Made by a program: the position numbers and the translations under genes. From Rhina ancylostomus (Eukaryota), in contig JARFYF010000055.1 in NCBI GenBank assembly GCA_030265395.1, forward strand, positions 18,350,862 to 18,414,861: DNA of 64,000 nt. The letters run 5' to 3'. Shown here one piece after another: positions 43,574 to 56,050 of this stretch (position 1 is its first letter; the number at the start of each line of letters is the position of its first letter). The notes below the pieces were generated by a model. That model was not told the origin of the DNA. It searched no databases and saw only the letters and a list, made by a program, of their open reading frames with translations.

Positions 43574-43624
43574 GTCAGTAACACATCTATAAACTCCTAT
43601 GGGCTTTCCAGTGAGTTGTTATAT

Positions 43625-43871
43625 TAAATTTTAAATTTAAATTTTATTTACAGTGTGGTAACAGGCCCTTCCGGCCCAATGAGTCTGCGCCACCCATTTT
43701 AAACCCCAAATTAACCTACCCGTATGTCTTTAGAATATGGGAGGAAACCGGAACACCTGGAAGAAACCCACACAGACACGGGAGAACATACAAACTCCTT
43801 ACAGACAGCGACGGGAATCAAACCCCGATTGCTGGCACTGTAATAGCATTGCACTAACTGCTAGGCTACCG
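43625..43871 (-). mobile_element. Near full-length tRNA-derived SINE with (TAAATTT)-type tail
   Basis: Head/B-box region 'gggaatcaaaccccg...gctaccg', core 'gggaggaaaccggaacacctggaagaaacccacacagacacgggagaac', and a tail shared with the copy at 57780-57885. Confidence 0.9.
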
Positions 43872-44119
43872 GAAAGGTAGGGGCTACCAGGGAGATTGTG
43901 TAACACTAGTGGTGGTGCTGCTGGTCAAAAAAGAGTTGGAGAGACTGGTGAATAAATATAACAGACCGTTCCTTTTATTCACTCATTCCCTCTGCCTTTC
44001 TGTCCCTTCCTGAAACTTTTTTAAAAATCATTTGCTTTGACCAGGTCCTGCATAATCTGTTGCGTATTTGCAAAATTTCCCGTTTTAATTTCCAGTTTCC
44101 AGCAACCACAATATTTTGC

Positions 44120-44410
44120 TTTTTGGTTCAGATGATTTAAGGAATAAATAAGACAGAGAACCACAATGTCTTCTGGCAGCAGAGTCAGAAACATGAGGGC
44201 ATATCCTTAAAACTTATGCACAAAAGGATAGTAAAAATCTGGAAATCTCAAAAAATGTTGAAACCAGGACAATTGATGAGAGCTTTTTAGATAGTAAAAT
44301 TATTAAGGGCTGGTAGAAGGAATTACAATTGTGATAACTTTTGATTGAAACAAATTGTGGAACAGGCTTAATAGGCTGAATGACCAATTTCTGGAGCAAA
44401 TTGTGACTTA
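44120..44410 (+). mobile_element. Highly decayed CR1-like 3' end
   Basis: 'cacaaaaggatagtaaaaatctggaaatctc' and tail 'gaacaggcttaataggctgaatgacc'. Confidence 0.45.
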
Positions 44411-45644
44411 TGACTTAATAATAATGCATTTATCTCTGCAATAAGTCTATATATAATTTATCTACAAGTATCCTGACACATAGAATGGGAGCTCAATCAA
44501 CTTGAAAGTCTCTGAATACTGAAAATAATCACCTGATTAAAGGTGATGCAGGAAAGTAGTAGGACAGGGTCATAAAACCCACCCTGACACCATACTTTCT
44601 CTGATGGTGCCTGTAATAGATTGTTTGATTGGCAAAAAAACAGAGCAACACAGTGTGATTAATGCACAATTATAACTCTTGGCATACAGTGCATGCTCAT
44701 CTCTAACACATATTCCTGACATACATATTTTAAAAAAAAATTCTCACCTGCACATTATTTAAAAAAAATTCTCATAATTCATAATGCATAAATGTCTAGA
44801 AATTCAATTGCAGAACTTTTTTTCTTTCCTTTTGTGCAATTAAAAATATATTATTTGGAATGAAAGTGGATATAAGTAATTTCTGGGTCATTATGCATTG
44901 ATTTGAAATTTCATCTGGGCATTATAGGCATGAGCAAGCATACTGCCTAATACAATTCCTATATTAGGGGTACAAGGAATGATGGCATTTTTGTGGAATG
45001 TTTCTGTTGGATCATTGCTGGAAAACTTGGATTATTGTCCTGAGAGTTCCAATTGTCCATTTCAATACAACTTAAATTCATACTTTCCCCTGCCATGCCC
45101 CTTCCACACCAGACACTGCATCGGTTCCCCACACCATTAGCATCACTCGTGCCTGCCATTCACCACTCCACCATGGACCTTACCATCCCCAGAGCTCAGG
45201 TTCCAAACCTGCCATTGGCCACCCATTCCCCAACATACACACCCACATGCATGCATGAACACACCCATGCACAAACACACACTAATGCACACTGCACACA
45301 TTTGCACACGCACACAGAGCAGGCTCAAGGAGTCCTGTTGCTGGGGGAAGAGCACTTTATTTTGCTGCAAGCATAGGTCACTCAATGAGTTGCACCCCAG
45401 GGACACATGAGTTTGCCGTTGGAGGTGAATGCTGCAAACACTGTGGGTGGCCCGTTTGCATAGTTGAGAAAAGCCACCTCACTTGTCAGTCATCACCACA
45501 GCCCACATTATGTGCTGTCTTTCAAAGATTCACGTTAAACTCCAACCCAAATGGGCTGGAGAACTGATGACAAGATAATAGAGCCTTGAAGAAGTGTCAC
45601 TTCTCAAAATGTAAACGTGATTCTTTGCAGCATCCATTATTCTA

Positions 45645-45760
45645 CCTGAAGTAGGGTCTGCAACCAAAAACATCGCTTCTCTTTCTGCAGATGCTGCCTG
45701 ACCTACTGAGTGTTTGCAACATTTTCTTTATTTCAGATTTCCAGCATCTGCAGTATTTTT
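45645..45760 (+). mobile_element. Penelope-terminus-type short repeat
   Basis: 'cagatgctgcctgacctactgagtgtttgcaacattttc...cagatttccagcatctgcagt'. Confidence 0.7.
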
Positions 45761-47569
45761 TTATTCTCATTATTCTTTCTCACAGAACAAAATTTCAAAG
45801 ATCACAGAATCAATCATCATCCTAACATGTTTCTATATTCTGAAAAGTAGCTGTATTTTTGTTCCAGAGCCAGTGTTTGGAATTCTGCTGATCTTTCTCC
45901 TGAGTTCTGTTCTTATAAAGAGTCTGCAAGTAGATAGCTAATATTTTTCAAGTGTTTGAGAGAGAATAAAGGCCAGAGGTAGACTAATTCTGTGGTCATT
46001 TTCATCATGGGTGCAGGATGCGGCTGGTAGCCCTGAAGTATTTTCAGCGCTGTCCCTAACGCCATAATATTGAAATGTCTCTGAATATCAGAGGCACATA
46101 AAAGCAGTAAAAACAAACTTTGCATTAGGCAAGACATCATTCTCCATGCCACCTCCTGCCAATGGCTCTTACAGGGCCTCAGCACCGCCCCATGTACTTG
46201 CTGCTGAGGGCTCATCATCCCTGTTGCTGCTCAGCTTTGGGCAGGCAGGGGTTGTCATTCCAGACAACAGTTCATGCTCAGGATGATCCCACCCATCTTT
46301 TAGAGGGTAAGAGTTTGTTTTGAAATGACTTAGTTGAGTTTCAGCCCTTCTACAACGGGCTGGATTTTTGCACTGAAAAATATTTTTCAGCAAAACAAAA
46401 GCTAAGTGTCTGAATTTATTTTTATTTACCTTAAAGCTACAAATATTTCTTGCTATCACTCTATTTGCAAGCAATGCAAGAGATTGAGGGAGCATGCCAC
46501 ATGTCTCGGTATAGCACTGATGGGGAAGGATATAGTAACAACATACGATTAACAAATTAGTGAGAAATTTAATCTTAGCAGTAATACCAATAGAAAATTA
46601 ACCCAGACTCATAAGATATTGAAAATGCCATATTGCTGAAGTATACAAGTTCAAAAAGACCATTGTTGCTAATCCTGTTTTATTATTCAATCCAGATTTT
46701 TAACATTTGCATTCCACAATCAATTTGGCGCAAAGAATGAGAAATAAATTGGGAAATTGTGTTGTTGTGGACTATATATAGAGTCTGGATTGTGGAATGT
46801 TTCCCTTTTCCCATCTCNNNNNNNNNNNNNNNNNNNNNNNNNNNNNNNNNNNNNNNNNNNNNNNNNNNNNNNNNNNNNNNNNNNNNNNNNNNNNNNNNNN
46901 NNNNNNNNNNNNNNNNNTGTTTCCCTTTTCCCATCTCATTTGACCATGTGGTTTGGAGGCAGATGCTCCAATTCTTTGGATCAACATTATAGAAACTAAA
47001 AGCCTTTGCTCAGGGCCATTCACAGCAGGCTGACTGGCGTTCATAATCTTTTTAAAAAATTTTGACGAGCATACATTCATCACACTCCAGATGTCACACT
47101 TTGATGCAGATGCAAACTGACCTTAGAAAAAGAGAAACAGAAAGCCAACTCAATTCAAGTTGATTTCTTCAAATTGAGAGCCAGACATGTAGAGGATCTG
47201 GCAGTTACCCCCTAACTGATCACAGTAGTTTATCAACTGTTCTTATTTGTTGGCTTTGCTTCTTTATGGGCTTCATTTGAATAGCAACCTTAATGAGGCA
47301 GACTAGATAGACACCAGACAATGATCATAAGCTCAGACAACCCTGCAAGCAATCTCAAGCCAAATTCATGACTGTAAAATTAAAAGCACCACCATTATTT
47401 GGTTAAGATTGGGACAGATCATCCCGTGCCCATCTGATACCCAAATTAGTCCCCGGAGTGCTTACCCACATTAACTTGTTTCAGACATGGAAGACCTGCC
47501 AACCAATCATCTGCAGGCACACTGGGCTTCAGGTGGCACATCCTGATGCCCTAGCTGTAAGCCCACTGT

Positions 47570-47865
47570 CAGAGTCATAGAGCCATACAGCACAGAAACA
47601 GGACTTTTGGTCCACTGAGTCTATGCTGACCACCTACCACCCATTTACAGTAATCCTGCACTAATTCTATTTAATTCTCCCAACATTCTCATCAACACCC
47701 TTAGATTCAACCACTCACCAAAACATAAGGGACAATTTACAGTGGCCAAATAACCTACCAACCTGTATGTCTTTGGGATGTGTTAGGCAACTTGAGCACC
47801 TGGAAGGAAGCCACACAGTTGCAGGGAGAACGTGCTAACTTCACTCAGGCAGTACTTAGTCAGGT
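47570..47865 (-). mobile_element. tRNA-derived SINE
   Basis: Same tail and core as the 5365 and 62480 copies. Confidence 0.8.
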
Positions 47866-50483
47866 GTCTACCCTTTGATGATCAGAGATCTGTTTAATCT
47901 GTTTAAAATAGACTTAAAATCTGTTTAATAGACTTAAATAACTTTTTTAAAAAAACATGATTAATAAGAATACCTTAGTTATTTTAAAACATTAAGTAAA
48001 ATAAATTAAATGGGAAGAAGGATAGGCCACCCCTTTCAACCTTAATTCACCCCATCCTGGGTGTAAAGTTGACGGTCAGGGTGCATTTTGGATCTGGGCT
48101 CTTGTTCTCATTAAAGAGTGATTTACTGTGAGATTAATTGGTGAGTTCAGGAGGTCAAGAGGTCAGAAGTATTGGCATCAGACCTGCTGCTCATCTCTGA
48201 CTACAACATTTCAATGCACAGGGGCAAAGTTGGAGGAGAGCTCAGCAGGTAGTGGAGGATAGTCAGTGGTAATCAATGGAACCACTGGCAAAAGTAAAGC
48301 AATCCAACACACAATCTTATTTTTTGATGCTTTTTATTTATTTCTGTAGAACTTAAAAAAGAAACAAAATGAGGAACCTTTTCTTATGACCTAGATTTTT
48401 TTTTTGCATCATATTTACATGCAGTTCAAAGAAATACATTTGTAGTTGTTGGTGAGCGGAAATAAAGCTGGAGGCACAAATGAGGCTTTGGAGGCTTCTT
48501 GTTCAACCAAGCAAACTCCACCCTTAGTTGAATGACATCAACTGCAACTATGTGCCACTGTGGGCATGAACGGATTTTAGTGGTTTCAATGTACAATACA
48601 CAATGAAGTGGCTTTGGGGAAACAAAACAAATGAGTAATCCCCATTCACACTGAACACTGTGGCCTAGAACACTGTTTCTCTCTAAGACATTTTGCATCA
48701 CTCTAGAACTTCCTGGAGTAATTTACCTTTGTACCAAATGCTAGTTCTGTTTCATTCATGCAGAGGATAATGCCATTTCCTGTGGAATGCCCTGATTTGA
48801 ACAGTAATGAAGAAACTGGACAGGGAACCACATTATTGAGCATTCCATCATAGTGCTGAATTGGGGGATCTGTAAGTTTAGGTTCCCTACCATCCATTTA
48901 CCTTTTAATTTTTTGGTGCAGTCGAATCTCCCCCTTGCTGCCCCCCCCCCCCCCACTGGCATTGTCTCTGACTTCTGGTCTCCCCAGAAGCCAAACCCAG
49001 CGCCTCTAGTTCCATAATTTTCCAAGCCTGAGCCCTGTTCCCCACTCCCCTCTCAGTTGTTCCAGGCCCCTTATTCTCCCACATCTACAATCATGCCAAA
49101 GCTCAGGTCTCCAAACCCAAGCCCCAAACTCTCCCTCATTCCTTGCCAGCTACTAACATCCATACTGATCTGATCTGAGGCGTCAATCTTCAACCTGCAA
49201 CTGAAGGTCCGCTCTCCAAACACTCTACAATGACTACCCACAACCAATCGCTGGCCTGGGTGGCATATCTTCTACTGCAGAGAAGTGTGGCTCCCATTTT
49301 GATAGTGCTCAAGGGCTTAGTCGGGTCTTGGAGGCAACCAAAATTTGCAGCAGCTGGCCCATAACCAAAGAAGGTCATAAGCCTGTGTCTGCAATACCCA
49401 TTCAGTGCACCCATTTGGCTGTACGAGAATTTCCAGGCATTTCAGAGGTAAGAATTCGTACTGAGTAATATGTGCTAATGACATGAGATGGCACTGGATG
49501 CAGCTTGTACTCCTCTTCTGAAATTTGTTTCCATTTACTTTAACGGAACTGAATTTTGGAAGTGAGAAACAACATGCATACGCAGCCATATTGCGGTCCA
49601 GATGTGTGGATGAATATCTACCCCAGATCTGACAGAGGTATTGGCTCATTTAATGATATACTTGATCTTCCTTTGCTGTTCCACTATTGTATAGTATATT
49701 GAAAACAGATTTACAAAAAATAGACATTTTGAGATGAATAATTCTGCATGCAAAATTTGGAATGTACTGAAATGGTTTACCACAATCCCGTGTGAGTTTT
49801 GGTCAAATAACACCAATGGTACTTTAGTGATTCATTCCATAGCTTGCACTCTGGGGTCCTGTGGAGCTTTAAAATACTGGATAGCAGTTCTGTGCTTCAG
49901 TTGATTCTAACAATGTTGTTATTTCTTTTGCAAAAGACGCACTAGAGTTCTGCTTGGAAAATTATAAGTTCATATTTGAGAGATATAGTGCGGCTGTGAA
50001 GCAGAATGTGAGGCTGAGAGTATGATCAAAAATGACTCCTGTGGAGAGTCTTGCTCAGATTCTTGCTACATTTACACTGTAAATCGTAGCATTGATGAGA
50101 AGTTACACTCCTGCACAAGAACCTTGCAGCTGGTACGTGCACATACCAAAAGTGTCCTGAAATCAGAAAATCCACCATGTGACTGCTCCTGTTGTAATAT
50201 TTTCACTGTTACTTCGTGAGACTTATTTTATACTAATTGCATTATCAGCTGTCCCCATACATTAGACCAGCAGTCTGGCAACAACAGTAAACACCAAACC
50301 TTTGCATCCTGGTTAACAAAGCTGCAACTTGAAGCAAGCATTTCCCAAACATGTTGCCAGCAGTAAATGCCATTAACCTGCTGCTGAATACATACACATT
50401 ACAGCCTTACCTTACTCCTGATCTGCTGGACCATCTAAAATGGTGACTGGGCTTTCTTGATGTAATGGAGTCAACTCCTACCC

Positions 50484-50830
50484 TGGCACAGTGATGCAAC
50501 TAGTCAAGCTACTGACTCCCAGGTCCAGCAGTCTGGGTTCAATCTTGCCCTCTGTTGCTGTCTGTGTGGAGTGTGCATGTTCTGCCTGTGACTGTGTGGG
50601 TTTCCCCTGGATACTCCTATTTACGCCCACATCCCAGAGATGTGCAGGTTGATAGGTTAACTGGTCAAGGTATATTGTTGCTAGTGTGTAGATAAGTGGT
50701 AGAATCTGGGGAGGTTGATAGAAGTGTGTGGAGAATAAAAATAAGATGATTGTAGGATTAGTGTAAATGGATGCTTGGCTGGCATGGATTTAATGGCTCA
50801 AATGGCCTGCTTCTGGGCTTTACGTGTCTA
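50484..50830 (+). mobile_element. Full-length tRNA-derived SINE
   Basis: Head 'tggcacagtgatgcaactagt', B box 'gggttcaatct', core and CR1-type tail 'aatggcctgcttct'. Confidence 0.85.
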
Positions 50831-51769
50831 TAGTGGCTGAGAAAACCTTTGGCAATGGGGAAAAATCACTCCCCCCAAGCATTGCTGGCTGTCAAACCTG
50901 TCAGGACTTTGAAGGCTTCATAACACTCCTGACATTCAGAAACAATTAAATATCAATGAACCAATTTTCAAAAAAAATTAATAAAAGCATTTGAAGATAA
51001 CTTTCAAGAATTAGACAAAATTAAAAACTGCATGATCTTCACAGACATCCTCCACCAATGAATTGAATGGACTTATTGGACAGGTCTACAAGGTGGTGCT
51101 TTTCAAAGAAAAAAGACTGAAAATTTTAGACAAGTAAAATGTTTTTTGGTAGGCTGCATATTCCAGAGCTCTTTGGTCATGTGAATGGATTCTATAGAGT
51201 AACAGCTAAGGAATTGCAGCAAATTTGTATTTGTCAGTGAGGAATCCAACATACAAATGCTGGCATAGGATCAGCCTGCAAACTTGGGTCCTCTAATGTT
51301 CCTATAGGAATCTTGGATTTAACACAACTTACACTGGGAAATGCAGGTAGTTCCACATGGGACCATCAGAATATCCCAGCTGCTTTATTTCCCCATTTCA
51401 TTCCAGGTTATAACTTGCAATAAGATACAGGTTACTGCAATACATAAGGGACAGGTATCAGTGTGTAAGTCACTGCCTCGTACTGAGGACATCATGCGTT
51501 ATCTGGCATTACTGTTGCAGCAGAAATTATGAAGCTTGTGCTGTGGGAGAATTTTTCACACCAGCATAGCGGTTGCTTTTCTCAGGAAATATCACAGAAT
51601 TCTGATTCAAAGAAAAGAATTACATTTATATAACAGCTCATCATATCTTCAGAAACCAGCTTTGCAAACAGCATGTTTTTTTTGAGTAGCACTGTTATGT
51701 GGACAGAAAACGTAGTCAACTTATGGTTGGCAAGTTCGATGTGAAGAAGAGATAATTTGTTTCAAATGC

Positions 51770-53640
51770 AAAACTAGAAAATGATCGAAGAACTCAGCAA
51801 GTCAGGCATGAAACTGAGATGATGTTTCATGTCAATGATCTTTCATTAGAAATGGAAAAGTGAGAAAATAGCACCTTTATAAGTTACATGGAGGAGGAGG
51901 GGTGGAGAGAACAGTGGCAATGTTAGTGGCTGAATGCAGACCAAAGTTGTCGAGGAAACCATTACTTCAAATACCAGCAGTTAGAGACAAAGAGGAAAAA
52001 AAGGAAGCAATTGAATCTGAGAAGAGAATAAACAAAACGGTCATCCAAAATTATTGAATCAATAGTGGCACAGTGGTGTAGCAGGTAGTGCTGCTATAGT
52101 GACCCATGTTCAATCCTGATCTTTGCTGCCGACGTGGGGCTCGCAGATTCTTCTTGTGAATTTGTGGGTTTCCTCTGGGTGCTCCAGTTTTCTCCCACAT
52201 ATCAAAGATGTGTTGCAAGTTAGGTTAATTCTCTTCTACGATTACCCCTAGTGGAGGTGGATGGTAGGAGAATCAGAATGGAGTTAATGTAGATGTGATA
52301 GAGAATAGATTGGAAAGAAAAAAATTCAGGGAATGGGATTGATGGCGATCATTCTTAGAGCTAGCATTGATTCAATAGAATCAATGGCATCTTTCTACAT
52401 CTGTGAGACTTGGGAGAATATTGAGTCCCAAGGGCTCCAATATATCCAGGTGGAAAATGAGGTGATATTCCTTGAGTTTATGTTGGGCATTATTGAAGCC
52501 AAAAGCAAAGAGGTCAGAGTGGGAGTGGGGTGGAGAATTAAACAGAGGGGTAACTTGAAGCTCCAGGTCACCCATGTGGAATGACTGGGGATATTCTGCA
52601 AATTGATCACCCAATCTGCATTTGGATTCTGGAATGGAGAGACCATTATATGTTGTAAACTAAATTGGAGGAACTGTAAAGTGAATTGTTGCTTCAGCTG
52701 GAAAGATTGTTTGGGTCCCTGTATGGTTGGAAGGGAAGAGGTAAAGGGCAAGTGTTGTATCTCTCCTAGTTACATGGAAAGGGCCACGAGAAGAGGAATG
52801 GTCGGTGGAGATGGAAGAGCAAACCAGGGAGCCCTGGAGGGAACAGTCCCTTCAGAATGCTGAAATAAGAGGGAGGAGAACACATGTCAGCTGAATGAAT
52901 CCCATAGAAAGCAGTGGAAAGGATGGAGGATGATCCATTGAACATGAGACTGGCAGATGAAAGGCCAGAGGAAACCTATCCTGTTCTGTCTAAGAGGAAA
53001 GGGGATGAGAATAATAGTGGTGATATGCTTAAGAGCTCTGCCAAGAGTAGTAGAGGGGAAGCCAAGTTTAAAGAATGAGGAAGGCACCTTGCATGCAAAG
53101 TCTTGCAATCAGGATAGATGCAACAGAAATGGATCAAATAGGAGAATGGAATGTTGTCCTTATAGGAAGTAGGGTGGGAGAAGGTGTAGTCAAGATAGCT
53201 GTGGAAAATACAGGCCTATAATGGATATTGGTTATTATGCTGTCACTGAGATGGAGAGAATGAGGTCAATGAAGGGAAAGGAAGTGTTAGATATGGACCA
53301 TATGAGAGTGGAAACTGTCAGCAATGGTGTTGAATTTTTTGAGTTCTCTATGAGTGCAGGAAGCAGCACTAATACCGTCATCATTGTAATAGGAAAAGAG
53401 GTGAGGGAACGGACCCAAGTTAGCTGTAACAAGGACTGCTCCATATATCCTATGAAGAGGCATGCATGACTTGGATCCAAGTAGGCTCCCTTGGCGACAC
53501 CTTTGACTTGGAGAAAGTGAGTGGGGCTGAGGGAGAAGTTGTTCAAGGTAGGAATGTGTTCAACCAGGCAAATGAATGTGGGGATGCTAAGCAGGAGAGG
53601 TGGGGAGACTTCTTGGAACTATCTTCAATGAAGAAGTGAA
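51770..53640 (-). mobile_element. Penelope-like element (RT plus GIY-YIG endonuclease), degenerate
   Basis: Minus frames give HFLQVKGVAKGAYLDPSHACLFIGYMEQSL (PLE RT, G.AMG motif), TIQGPKQSFQLKQQFT and GDQFAEY (GIY-YIG region). Confidence 0.8.
52065..52395 (+). mobile_element. tRNA-derived SINE inserted into the Penelope-like element
   Basis: 'gtggcacagtggtgtagcaggtagtgctgct...gttcaatcctga...tgggtttcctctgggtgctccagttttctcccacat'. Confidence 0.85.
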
Positions 53641-53689
53641 GGCCGTCAGACATCTATGTGAAGCACTATTACTGTTGAGAGAGGGATGA

Positions 53690-53885
53690 ATGTTGATGGG
53701 CTCCCCAGGAGAAGTCCCTTTTCTGCACCCTTCAACTGCAAATTGGCTTTCAGTTTAACATCTCACCTCCCAGCAATGGATCTTTGCCTTACTAATGCAC
53801 TAGACTGTTGGCCCAGATTATGTACTCAAGTTCGGGAGTGGAGTTTGAACATTCAAGATCCAGGCTCAGAGCCAAGCAGACCAGG
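53690..53885 (-). mobile_element. DeuSINE/SacSINE1-like fragment
   Basis: 'ccccaggagaagtcccttttct...agattatgtactcaagttcgggagtggagtttgaac' is similar to 1800-1990. Confidence 0.5.
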
Positions 53886-54671
53886 CTAATTAAAACATTC
53901 ATTGAAATGTGTTTCAAAACACCTCCATTGTGCAGAGTTGTGCAAATTCTAGCATCGCATGCTTACCAGTTGAAGAGCTAATCAAATTGTGCAACCTCTA
54001 ACCTAGATTCTCAAGAGAAAATCAACTTTTACTGGTAAAGTTGAAAGATGTGCCTGGAGGCAAAAACCTCCACAGTCATGCTGGTAAAGCTTGTTTTTCC
54101 CAACAAAACAGATGATGTCACTGCAAAGGGAAGTTGTTTTGCTGAAAGATTCACTCGCTCCTACATTGTGGCTGAGGAAAGTGTTTAAAATAATGGGATA
54201 TGAGGGGGCATTTATTTTCAAACTTCAATCAAAAATGCAAAAGAAAAAATTGGCATACAAAAAAATATTTATCCATTCCTTCTCAAGTTACTTTAGAAAT
54301 AATTTAATGGCATCTACTTTTTGCCAAGAAGGCTTGAGTGAATTTGAGGAGATAATTTGCAGACTGGAAGGCCCTTCAGCCACCAGTGAATTAATAAATC
54401 AGATAACAAATAATTTTGGGAAAAAAAAATTAAAATCAATTTTAAAACATTTTCTCCTTCATGGTTTGATGTGATTCACTCCAGACTCCACAGCCCTCTA
54501 ATATTAAGCCAGGATACATACAGCTCATACAATACGAGATCCACCACATAACACAGGCGCACTCAGCACTTATTGAAAGCCAGCTATCCACAACACATCT
54601 TTCACATAGGAAGAGTTGCACATAGATTCCTGACTACTACCTGAGAGGTGTGTGTGTGTATGTGTGTGTCA

Positions 54672-55275
54672 CAGTCATGGAGTTATACACTATGGAAACA
54701 GACCCTTTGGCCCAACTTGTCCAACTTGACCAAGAGGCCTATCTGCGCTAGATCCATTTGCCTGTGTTTGGTCCATATCCCTCTAAATCTTTTCTATCCA
54801 TGTTCCCATCTATACAGCTTCTTCTGGCAGCTTTGTCTGAAAAAATTGCTCCTCAGGTCCCTTTGAAATCTTTCCCTTCTCTCCATAAATCTATGTCCTC
54901 TAGTTTTAGACTCCCATACTCTGGGAAAAGACTGTGACCATCGACCTTATCTACGCCCCTCATGATTTTATATACCTCTACAAGGTCACCCCTCAGCCTC
55001 CTGCGGTCCAAGNNNNNNNNNNNNNNNNNNNNNNNNNNNNNNNNNNNNNNNNNNNNNNNNNNNNNNNNNNNNNNNNNNNNNNNNNNNNNNNNNNNNNNNN
55101 NNNNNNNNNNNNATATACCTCTACAAGGTCACCCCTCAGCCTCCTGCGGTCCAAGGAAAAAACTCCCAGCCCATCTAGCCTGTCCTTATAACTCAAGCCC
55201 TCCAGTCCCAATAACATCCTTGCAAATCTTTTCTGCACCCTTTCCAGCTTAATTACATCTTTCTTGGACCAGGAC
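54672..55275 (-). mobile_element. CR1-like LINE 3' end spanning a gap
   Basis: Minus ORF 54993-55292: KKDVIKLERVQKRFARMLLGLEGLSYKDRLDGLGVFSLDRRRLRGDLVEVY. Confidence 0.92.
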
Positions 55276-55289
55276 TGAGCATCAACAAT

Positions 55290-56050
55290 CAAAACTTACA
55301 TTTATATAGCAACTTTTTAATCCAGCAAAACATCCCTTGACACTACAAGGGACACTATGTCAGAAAATTAATGCCAATATAATGAGGTATTGGGGTTCAA
55401 AAGGTATAATTTAAAAGAGATATGGAGGTGTTAAAGTTCAGGTATGAAATTCCAGAACTGAGGAGGTTAGTGACTGGCCATGGTTACCAATGATGGAGCA
55501 ATTAAAATCAAGCGTGATCAAATGATCAGGATGACTTGGGAGGTTATAGCAAGGGAGGAAATTACAGAGAGAAACAAGACCAGAGAGGGGTTCCAAAACA
55601 AGAATTAGAATTTTAACACTGAAGTCAAAATGGGGAGTTGATGGTCAGCATAGACTCAATGGGCCAAAGGGCCTGCTTCCTTGGTGTAAAATTGTGTGAA
55701 TGTGTTAATTCCGTGTTGCTTAAAATGGAGCAAATGAAGACCAACAACCACAGGATGATGGGTGAACAGTACTTGCAGTGAGTTAGAACTTGAACAATAG
55801 ATGTTTGGAGCTCCTCATTTAAGGAAGTTAGAGCAAGAGAGGCTGATAGTCAAGGCTAGAGGTAGCAAAGGCACAGATTAGGGTTTTAGTAGCATATGAG
55901 CTGAAAGAGGGGCAAGGTCTTGCAATTTAACCAAGGTGGAAATGAGTGGTCTTTGTTCTGGGGTTCAATTCAGGGTCAGATATAACAGCAAAGTGGTGGT
56001 CAGTGGTTAACTTCAGACAGTTGCCAGGGAGAGGGATGGAGCTGTTATGC
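55290..56050 (-). mobile_element. L2-type LINE 3' region, with a short CR1 tail inserted at about 55630-55700
   Basis: Starts 'aacttacatttatatagc' (reverse L2 terminus); reverse-similar to 20200-21000. Confidence 0.6.

Noticed and set aside
45053-45406. His/Thr-rich and Cys/Val-rich ORFs
   Set aside because: Translation of a degenerate CA repeat.
46798-46937. Duplicated 'tgtttcccttttcccatctc' around a gap
   Set aside because: Same contig-overlap artefact.
54970-55154. Duplicated CR1 segment around a gap
   Set aside because: Same contig-overlap artefact.
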